Origin: Auanema rhodensis
Taxonomy: Eukaryota; Animalia; Nematoda
Assembly (NCBI GenBank): GCA_964057225.1
Contig: OZ059895.1
Span: 11,036,001 to 11,100,000 of the forward strand
DNA: 64,000 nt
Direction of reading: 5' to 3'
Shown: positions 1 to 10,563 of the stretch, piece after piece
How positions within the stretch are numbered: position 1 is the stretch's first letter
Layout of the letters: every line of letters begins with the position of its first letter
Made by a program: the position numbers and the translations under genes
The notes under the pieces: model-generated
Told to the model about the DNA's origin: nothing
What the model saw: the letters and a program-made list of their open reading frames with translations, nothing else
The model's database searches: none

Positions 1-19
1 TATCAAAGCTTATGTGCTT

Positions 20-3000
20 CAAATACATTAAATCAAAAAAGGGTTTCACAGTAGTATAGTGTTTAAACAATGTTTGTTTCGATAGGAAGTAGATAGAAAC
101 AGTGAAGTTAAGATGAAGGTTCATTAACTACTGGTTTATGACTGTAATATAAAAATAAGATTAAAGATAATTTGCTGCCTCCGGTTGAGCTATCTAAGTA
201 AACCTACTTGAAAAGTGAAAACATTTGTTACGGAAGAGATAAAATTGAAAATCAGCTGCATGTCGTACTTTCAACGTGGTATAGTTGAAAGCGAAAATAT
301 CTGATATTCAATGATTTACATACTTATCCTCGTTATGGTATTTTTCCAATTTCATGTTAGTTATGTAACTTTCCACGTGCCATCTGGTTCCCTCGATGAT
401 ATCAAAGCTTATGTGCTCCAAATACAATAAATCAAAAAAGGGTTTCACAGTAGTATAGTGTTTAAACAATGTTTGTTTCGATAGGAAGTAGATAGAAACA
501 GTGAAGTTAAGATGAAGGTTCATTAACTACTGGTTTATGACTGTAATATAAAAATAAGATTAAAGATAATTTGCTGCCTCCGGTTGAGCTATCTAAGTAA
601 ATCTACTTGAAAAGTGAAAACATTTGTTACGGAAGAGATAAAATTGAAAATCAGCGGCATGGCGTACTTTCAACGTGGTATGGTCCTAAGCGAAAATATC
701 TGATATTCAATGCTTCACATACTTATCCTCGTTATAGTTTTTTCCAATTTCATGTTAGTTACGTAATTTTCCACGTTCTATCTGGATCCCTCAATGATAT
801 CAAATCTTATGAGCTTCAAATACAAGAAATTAAAAAAGGTTTCACAGTTGTATAGTTCTTGAACAAAGTTGGTTTCGATAGGAAATAGATAGAAACAGTA
901 AAGGTAAGATGAAGGTTCATTAACTACTGGTTTATGACTGTAATATAAAAATAAGATTAAAGATAATTTGCTGCCTCCGGTTGAGCTATCTAAGTAAATC
1001 TACTTGAAAAGTGAAAACATTTGTTACGGAAGAGATAAAATTGAAAATCAGCTGCATGGCGTACTTTTAACGTGGTATAGTTGTAAGCGAAAATATCTGG
1101 TATTCAATGATTTACATACTTATCCTCGTTATAGTTTTTTTTCCAATTTCCTGTTAGTTATGTAATTTTCGACGTTCCATCTGGATCCCTCGATGATAGC
1201 AATTCTTATAAGCTCCAAATACAATAAATTAAAAAAGGTTTCACAGTTGTATAGTGTTTAAACAATGTTTGTTTTGATAGGAAATAGATAGAAACAGTAA
1301 AGTTAAAATGAAGGTTCATTAACTACTGGTTTATAACTGTAATATAGGAACAAGATTGAAGATAATTTGCTGCCTCCGGTTGAGCTATCTAAGTAAATCT
1401 ACTTGAAAAGTGAAAACATTTGTTACGGAAGAGATAAAATTGAAAATCAGCTGCATGGCGTACTTTTAACGTGGTATAGTTGTAAGCGAAAATATCTGGT
1501 ATTCAATGATTTACATACTTATCCTCGTTATAGTTTTTTTCCAATTTCATGTTAGTTATGTAACTTTCCACGTTCCATCTGGTTCCCTCGATGATATCAA
1601 AGCTTATGTGCTCCAAATACAATAAATCAAAAAAGGGTTTCACAGTTGTATAGTGATTAAACAATGTTTGTTTCGATAGGAAATAGATAAAAACAGTAAA
1701 GTTAAGATGAAGGTTCATTAACTACTGGTTTATGACTGTAATATAGAAATAAGATTGAAAATAATTTGCTGCCTCCGGTTGAGCTATCTAAGTAAATCTA
1801 CTTGAAAAGTGAAAACATTTGTTACGGAAGAGATAAAATTGAAAATCAGCTGCATGGCGTACTTTTAACGTGGTATAGTTGTAAGCGAAAATATCTGGTA
1901 TTCAATGATTTACATACTTATCCTCGTTATAGTTTTTTTCCAATTTCATGTTAGTTATGTAATTTTCCACGTTCCATCTGGATCCCTCGATGATATCAAA
2001 TTTTATGTGCTCCAAATGCGAAAAATTAAAAAAGGTTTTACAGTTGTTCAGTGTTTAAACAATGTTTGTTTTGATAAGAAATAGATAGAAACAGTAAAGT
2101 TGAGAGAAAAGTTTATTTACTGCTGGTTTATAACTTTAAAAAAAAAAAGATTGAAGATACTTTGCTGCCTTGGGTTGAGCTATTTAAGGAAAACTACTTG
2201 AAAATTGAAAACATTTGTTACGGAAGAGATAAAATTGAAAATCAGCTGCATGGCGTACTTTTAACGTGGTATAGTTGTAAGCGAAAATATCTGGTATTCA
2301 ATGATTTACATACTTATCCTCGTTATAGTATTTTTCCAATTTCATGTTAGTTATGTAACTTTCCACGTGCCATCTGGTTCCCTCGATGATATCAAAGCTT
2401 ATGTGCTCCAAATACAATAAATCAAAAAAGGGTTTCACAGTAGTATAGTGTTTAAACAATGTTTGTTTCGATAGGAAGTAGATAGAAACAGTGAAGTTAA
2501 GATGAAGGTTCATTAACTACTGGTTTATGACTGTAATATAAAAATAAGATTAAAGATAATTTGCTGCCTCCGGTTGAGCTATCTAAGTAAACCTACTTGA
2601 AAAGTGAAAACATTTGTTACGGAAGAGATAAAATTGAAAATCAGCTGCATGTCGTACTTTCAACGTGGTATAGTTGAAAGCGAAAATATCTGATATTCAA
2701 TGATTTACATACTTATCCTCGTTATGGTATTTTTCCAATTTCATGTTAGTTATGTAACTTTCCACGTGCCATCTGGTTCCCTCGATGATATCAAAGCTTA
2801 TGTGCTCCAAATACAATAAATCAAAAAAGGGTTTCACAGTAGTATAGTGTTTAAACAATGTTTGTTTCGATAGGAAGTAGATAGAAACAGTGAAGTTAAG
2901 ATGAAGGTTCATTAACTACTGGTTTATGACTGTAATATAAAAATAAGATTAAAGATAATTTGCTGCCTCCGGTTGAGCTATCTAAGTAAATCTACTTGAA

Positions 3001-4670
3001 AAGTGAAAACATTTGTTACGGAAAAGATAAAATTGAAAATCAGCTGCATGGCGTACTTTTAACGTGGTATAGTTGTAAGCGAAAATATCTGGTATTCAAT
3101 GATTTACATACTTATCCTCGTTATAGTTTTTTTCCAATTTCATGTTAGTTATGTAATTTTCCACGTTGCATCTGGTTCCCTCGATGATATCAAATCTTAT
3201 GTGCTCCAAATACAATAAATTGAAAAAGGTTTCACAGTTGTATAGTGTTTAAACAATGTTTGTTTTGATAGGAAATAGATAGAAACAGTAAAGTTGAGAA
3301 AAACGTTCATTTACTGCTGGTTTATAACTGTAGAAAAAAAAAAGATTGAAGATACTTTGCTGCCTTGGGTTGAGCTATTTAAGGAAAACTACTTGAAAAT
3401 TGAAAACATTTGTTACGGAAAAGATAAAATTGAAAATCAGCTGCATGGCGTACTTTTAACGTGGTATAGTTGTAAGCGAAAATATCTGGTATTCAATGAT
3501 TTACATACTTATCCTCGTTATAGTTTTTTTTCCAATTTCCTGTTAGTTATGTAATTTTCGACGTTCCATCTGGATCCCTCGATGATAGCAATTCTTATAA
3601 GCTCCAAATACAATAAATTAAAAAAGGTTTCACAGTTGTATAGTGTTTAAACAATGTTTGTTTTGATAGGAAATAGATAGAAACAGTAAAGTTAAAATGA
3701 AGGTTCATTAACTACTGGTTTATAACTGTAATATAGGAACAAGATTGAAGATAATTTGCTGCCTCCGGTTGAGCTATCTAAGTAAATCTACTTGAAAAGT
3801 GAAAACATTTGTTACGGAAGAGATAAAATTGAAAATCAGCTGCATGGCGTACTTTTAACGTGGTATAGTTGTAAGCGAAAATATCTGGTATTCAATGATT
3901 TACATACTTATCCTCGTTATAGTTTTTTTCCAATTTCATGTTAGTTATGTAACTTTCCACGTTCCATCTGGTTCCCTCGATGATATCAAAGCTTATGTGC
4001 TCCAAATACAATAAATCAAAAAAGGGTTTCACAGTTGTATAGTGATTAAACAATGTTTGTTTCGATAGGAAATAGATAAAAACAGTAAAGTTAAGATGAA
4101 GGTTCATTAACTACTGGTTTATGACTGTAATATAGAAATAAGATTGAAAATAATTTGCTGCCTCCGGTTGAGCTATCTAAGTAAATCTACTTGAAAAGTG
4201 AAAACATTTGTTACGGAAGAGATAAAATTGAAAATCAGCTGCATGGCGTACTTTTAACGTGGTATAGTTGTAAGCGAAAATATCTGGTATTCAATGATTT
4301 ACATACTTATCCTCGTTATAGTTTTTTTCCAATTTCATGTTAGTTATGTAATTTTCCACGTTCCATCTGGATCCCTCGATGATATCAAATTTTATGTGCT
4401 CCAAATGCAAAAAATTAAAAAAGGTTTTACAGTTGTTCAGTGTTTAAACAATGTTTGTTTTGATAAGAAATAGATAGAAACAGTAAAGTTGAGAGAAAAG
4501 TTCATTTACTGCTGGTTTATAACTTTAAAAAAAAAAAAGATTGAAGATACTTTGCTGCCTTGGGTTGAGCTATTTAAGGAAAACTACTTGAAAATTGAAA
4601 ACATTTGTTACGGAAGAGATAAAATTGAAAATCAGCTGCATGGCGTACTTTTAACGTGGTATAGTTGTGA
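20..4670 (+). repeat. Imperfect 6-monomer higher-order duplication (offset 2389 bp)
   Basis: Identical ORF pairs 308/2697 and 1503/3892 are both offset 2389. Rare variants GGAACAAG, GTGATTAAAC and TTGAAAATAAT recur at the same offset. The ~650-1000 part does not match its partner at ~3040-3390. Confidence 0.75.
181..579 (+). repeat. Representative 399-bp monomer (arbitrary phase)
   Basis: CCGGTTGAGCTATCTAAG starts at 181 and again at 580. About 129/399 G+C by hand count. Contains PvuII (CAGCTG), EcoRV (GATATC) and PmeI (GTTTAAAC) sites; HindIII and BamHI sites are polymorphic between monomers. Confidence 0.97.
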
Positions 4671-7600
4671 GCGAAAATATCTGGTATTCAATGATTTACA
4701 TACTTATCCTCGTTATAGTTTTTTTTCCAATTTCCTGTTAGTTATGTAATTTTCGACGTTCCATCGGGATCCCTCGATGATAGCAATTCTTATAAGCTCC
4801 AAATACAATAAATTAAAAAAGGTTTCACAGTTGTATAGTGTTTAAACAATGTTTGTTTCGATAGGGAATAGGTACAAACAGTAAAGTTAGAATGAAGGTT
4901 CATTAACTACTGGTTTATAACTGTAATATAGAAATAAGATTGAAGATAATTTTCTGCCGGGGGTTGAGCTATCTAAGTAAATCTACTTGAAAAGCGAAAA
5001 AAGTTGTTACGGAAGAGATAAAATTGAAAATCAGCTGCATGTCGTACTTTCAACGTGGTATAGTTGAAAGCGAAAATATCTGATATTCAATGATTTACAT
5101 ACTCATCCTCGTTATGGTATTTTTCCAATTTCATGTTAGTTATGTAACTTTCCACGTGCCATCTGGTTCCCTCGATGATATCAAAGCTTATGTGCTCCAA
5201 ATACAATAAATCAAAAAAGGGTTTCACAGTAGTATAGTGTTTAAACAATGTTTGTTTCGATAGGAAATAGATAGAAACAGTAAAGTTAAGATGAAGGTTT
5301 ATTAACTACTGATTTATGACTGTAATATAGAAATAAGATTGAAGATAATTTGCTGCCTCCGGTTGAGCTATCTAAGTAAATCTACTTGAAAAGCGAAAAA
5401 AGTTGTTACGGAAGAGATAAAATTGAAAATCAGCTGCATGTCGTACTTTCAACGTGGTATAGTTGAAAGCGAATGTATCTGATTTTCAATGATTTACATA
5501 CTTATCCTCGTTATAGTATTTTTCCAATTTCATGTTAGTTATGTAACTTTCCACGTTTCATCTGGTTCCCTCGATGATATCAAAGCTTATGTGCTTCAAA
5601 TACATTGAATCAAAAAAGGGTTTCACAGTAGTATAGTGTTTAAACAATGTTTGTTTCGATAGGAAGTAGATAGAAACAGTGAAGTTAAGATGAAGGTTCA
5701 TTAACTACTGGTTTATGACTGTAATATAAAAATAAGATTAAAGATAATTTGCTGCCTCCGGTTGAGCTATCTAAGTAAACCTACTTGAAAAGTGAAAACA
5801 TTTGTTACGGAAGAGATAAAATTGAAAATCAGCTGCATGTCGTACTTTCAACGTGGTATAGTTGAAAGCGAAAATATCTGATATTCAATGATTTACATAC
5901 TTATCCTCGTTATGGTATTTTTCCAATTTCATGTTAGTTATGTAACTTTCCACGTGCCATCTGGTTCCCTCGATGATATCAAAGCTTATGTGCTCCAAAT
6001 ACAATAAATCAAAAAAGGGTTTCACAGTAGTATAGTGTTTAAACAATGTTTGTTTCGATAGGAAATAGATAGAAACAGTAAAGTTAAGATGAAGGTTTAT
6101 TAACTACTGATTTATGACTGTAATATAGAAATAAGATTGAAGATAATTTGCTGCCTCCGGTTGAGCTATCTAAGTAAATCTACTTGAAAAGCGAAAAAAG
6201 TTGTTACGGAAGAGATAAAATTGAAAATCAGCTGCATGTCGTACTTTCAACGTGGTATAGTTGAAAGCGAAAGTATCTGATTTTCAATGATTTACATACT
6301 TATCCTCGTTATAGTATTTTTCCAATTTCATGTTAGTTATGTAACTTTCCACGTTTCATCTGGTTCCCTCGATGATATCAAAGCTTATGTGCTTCAAATA
6401 CATTAAATAAAAAAAGGGTTTCACAGTAGTATAGTGTTTAAACAATGTTTGTTTCGATAGGAAGTAGATAGAAACAGTGAAGTTAAGATGAAGGTTCATT
6501 AACTACTGGTTTATGACTGTAATATAAAAATAAGATTAAAGATAATTTGCTGCCTCCGGTTGAGCTATCTAAGTAAACCTACTTGAAAAGTGAAAACATT
6601 TGTTACGGAAGAGATAAAATTGAAAATCAGCTGCATGGCGTACTTTCAACGTGGTATACTTGTAAGCATAAATATCTGATATTCAATGATTTACATACTT
6701 ATCCTCGTTATAGTTTTTTTCCAATTCCATGTTAGTTATGTAATTTTCCACGTTCCATCTGGATCCCTCGATGATATCAAATTTTATGTGCTCCAAATGC
6801 AAAAAATTAAAAAAGGTTTTACAGTTGTTCAGTGTTCAAACAATGTTTGTTTTGATAAGAAATAGATAGAAACAGTAAAGTTGAGAGAAAGGTTCATTAA
6901 CTGCTGGTTTATAACTGTAATATAGAAATAAGATTGAAGATAATTTTCTGCCGGGGGTTGCGCTATCTAAGTAAAACTACTTGACAATCGGAAACATTTG
7001 TTACAGAAGAGATAAAATTGAAAATCAGCTGCATGGCGTACTTTGAACGTGATATAGTTGTAAGCGAAAATATCTGGTATTCAATGATTTACATACTTAT
7101 CCTCGTTATAGTTTTTTTTCCAATTTCCTGTTAGTTATGTAATTTTCCACGTTCTATCTGGTGCCCTCGATGATATCAAATCTTATGTGCTCCAAATACA
7201 ATAAATTAAAAAAGGTTTCACAGTTGTATAGTGTTTTAACAATGTTTGTTTTGATAGGAAATAGATAGAAACAGTGAAGTTGAAATAAAGGTTCATTAAT
7301 TACTGGTTTATAACTGTAATGAAGAAATAAGATTAAAGATAATTTGCTGCCTTGGGTTGAGCTATCTAAGTAAATCTACTTGAAAAGTGAAAACATTTGT
7401 TACGGAAGAGATAAAATTGAAAATCAGCTGCATGGCGTACTTTTAACGTGGTATAGTTGTAAGCGAAAATATCTGATATTCAATGATTTACATACTTATC
7501 CTCGTTATAGTATTTTTCCAATATTATGTTAGTTATGTAATTTACCACGTTGCATCTGGTTCCCTCGATGATATCAAATCTTATGTGCTCCAAATGCGAA

Positions 7601-10563
7601 AAATTAAAAAAGGTTTTACAGTTGTTCAGTGTTTAAACAATGTTTGTTTTGATAAGAAATAGATAGAAACAGTAAAGTTGAGAGAAAAGTTCATTTACTG
7701 CTGGTTTATAACTTTAAAAAAAAAAAAGATTGAAGATACTTTGCTGCCTTGGGTTGAGCTATTTAAGGAAAACTACTTGAAAATTGAAAACATTTGTTAC
7801 GGAAGAGATAAAATTGAAAATCAGCTGCATGGCGTACTTTTAACGTGGTATAGTTGTGAGCGAAAATATCTGGTATTCAATGATTTACATACTTATCCTC
7901 GTTATAGTTTTTTTTCCAATTTCCTGTTAGTTATGTAATTTTCGACGTTCCATCGGGATCCCTCGATGATAGCAATTCTTATAAGCTCCAAATACAATAA
8001 ATTAAAAAAGGTTTCACAGTTGTATAGTGTTTAAACAATGTTTGTTTCGATAGGGAATAGGTACAAACAGTAAAGTTAGAATGAAGGTTCATTAACTACT
8101 GGTTTATAACTGTAATATAGAAATAAGATTGAAGATAATTTTCTGCCGGGGGTTGAGCTATCTAAGTAAATCTACTTGAAAAGCGAAAAAAGTTGTTACG
8201 GAAGAGATAAAATTGAAAATCAGCTGCATGTCGTACTTTCAACGTGGTATAGTTGAAAGCGAAAATATCTGATATTCAATGATTTACATACTCATCCTCG
8301 TTATGGTATTTTTCCAATTTCATGTTAGTTATGTAACTTTCCACGTGCCATCTGGTTCCCTCGATGATATCAAAGCTTATGTGCTCCAAATACAATAAAT
8401 CAAAAAAGGGTTTCACAGTAGTATAGTGTTTAAACAATGTTTGTTTCGATAGGAAATAGATAGAAACAGTAAAGTTAAGATGAAGGTTTATTAACTACTG
8501 ATTTATGACTGTAATATAGAAATAAGATTGAAGATAATTTGCTGCCTCCGGTTGAGCTATCTAAGTAAATCTACTTGAAAAGCGAAAAAAGTTGTTACGG
8601 AAGAGATAAAATTGAAAATCAGCTGCATGTCGTACTTTCAACGTGGTATAGTTGAAAGCGAATGTATCTGATTTTCAATGATTTACATACTTATCCTCGT
8701 TATAGTATTTTTCCAATTTCATGTTAGTTATGTAACTTTCCACGTTTCATCTGGTTCCCTCGATGATATCAAAGCTTATGTGCTTCAAATACATTAAATC
8801 AAAAAAGGGTTTCACAGTAGTATAGTGTTTAAACAATGTTTGTTTCGATAGGAAGTAGATAGAAACAGTGAAGTTAAGATGAAGGTTCATTAACTACTGG
8901 TTTATGACTGTAATATAAAAATAAGATTAAAGATAATTTGCTGCCTCCGGTTGAGCTATCTAAGTAAACCTACTTGAAAAGTGAAAACATTTGTTACGGA
9001 AGAGATAAAATTGAAAATCAGCTGCATGTCGTACTTTCAACGTGGTATAGTTGAAAGCGAAAATATCTGATATTCAATGATTTACATACTTATCCTCGTT
9101 ATGGTATTTTTCCAATTTCATGTTAGTTATGTAACTTTCCACGTGCCATCTGGTTCCCTCGATGATATCAAAGCTTATGTGCTCCAAATACAATAAATCA
9201 AAAAAGGGTTTCACAGTAGTATAGTGTTTAAACAATGTTTGTTTCGATAGGAAATAGATAGAAACAGTAAAGTTAAGATGAAGGTTTATTAACTACTGAT
9301 TTATGACTGTAATATAGAAATAAGATTGAAGATAATTTGCTGCCTCCGGTTGAGCTATCTAAGTAAATCTACTTGAAAAGCGAAAAAAGTTGTTACGGAA
9401 GAGATAAAATTGAAAATCAGCTGCATGTCGTACTTTCAACGTGGTATAGTTGAAAGCGAAAGTATCTGATTTTCAATGATTTACATACTTATCCTCGTTA
9501 TAGTATTTTTCCAATTTCATGTTAGTTATGTAACTTTCCACGTTTCATCTGGTTCCCTCGATGATATCAAAGCTTATGTGCTTCAAATACATTAAATCAA
9601 AAAAGGGTTTCACAGTAGTATAGTGTTTAAACAATGTTTGTTTCGATAGGAAGTAGATAGAAACAGTGAAGTTAAGATGAAGGTTCATTAACTACTGGTT
9701 TATGACTGTAATATAAAAATAAGATTAAAGATAATTTGCTGCCTCCGGTTGAGCTATCTAAGTAAACCTACTTGAAAAGTGAAAACATTTGTTACGGAAG
9801 AGATAAAATTGAAAATCAGCTGCATGGCGTACTTTCAACGTGGTATACTTGTAAGCATAAATATCTGATATTCAATGATTTACATACTTATCCTCGTTAT
9901 AGTTTTTTTCCAATTCCATGTTAGTTATGTAATTTTCCACGTTCCATCTGGATCCCTCGATGATATCAAATTTTATGTGCTCCAAATGCAAAAAATTAAA
10001 AAAGGTTTTACAGTTGTTCAGTGTTCAAACAATGTTTGTTTTGATAAGAAATAGATAGAAACAGTAAAGTTGAGAGAAAGGTTCATTAACTGCTGGTTTA
10101 TAACTGTAATATAGAAATAAGATTGAAGATAATTTTCTGCCGGGGGTTGCGCTATCTAAGTAAAACTACTTGACAATCGGAAACATTTGTTACAGAAGAG
10201 ATAAAATTGAAAATCAGCTGCATGGCGTACTTTGAACGTGATATAGTTGTAAGCGAAAATATCTGGTATTCAATGATTTACATACTTATCCTCGTTATAG
10301 TTTTTTTTCCAATTTCCTGTTAGTTATGTAATTTTCCACGTTCTATCTGGTGCCCTCGATGATATCAAATCTTATGTGCTCCAAATACAATAAATTAAAA
10401 AAGGTTTCACAGTTGTATAGTGTTTTAACAATGTTTGTTTTGATAGGAAATAGATAGAAACAGTGAAGTTGAAATAAAGGTTCATTAATTACTGGTTTAT
10501 AACTGTAATGAAGAAATAAGATTAAAGATAATTTGCTGCCTTGGGTTGAGCTATCTAAGTAAA
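4410..10563 (+). repeat. 8-monomer higher-order repeat, two copies (offset 3189 bp), with an internal ABAB dimer
   Basis: ORFs 4489/7678 are identical. Private variants CCATCGGGAT, ACTCATCCTC, GAATGTATCT and GTAAGCATAA recur at +3189. Monomers anchored at 5032/5830 and 5431/6229 form a dimer pair. Confidence 0.9.

Noticed and set aside
476-493. CENP-B box-like motif TTTCGATAGGAA
   Set aside because: It has TTCG but lacks the correctly spaced A and the CGGG of the NTTCGNNNNANNCGGGN core.
181-579. Internal ~200-bp dimer or sub-repeat structure of the monomer
   Set aside because: Only weak similarities (AAACATTTGTTACG vs AAACAATGTTTGTTTCG; TTTCAACGTGGTATAGT vs TTTCACAGTTGTATAGT) at inconsistent offsets of about 245 and 175 bp. 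Not supportable without a self-alignment test.
2138-2148. A11-A13 tracts in one monomer type as retroposon poly(A) tails
   Set aside because: They align in place with the AATATAGAAATAA segment of other monomers (intermediates such as AATATAAAAAAAA and AAAATAAAAAAAA exist), so they arise by substitution and slippage rather than insertion.
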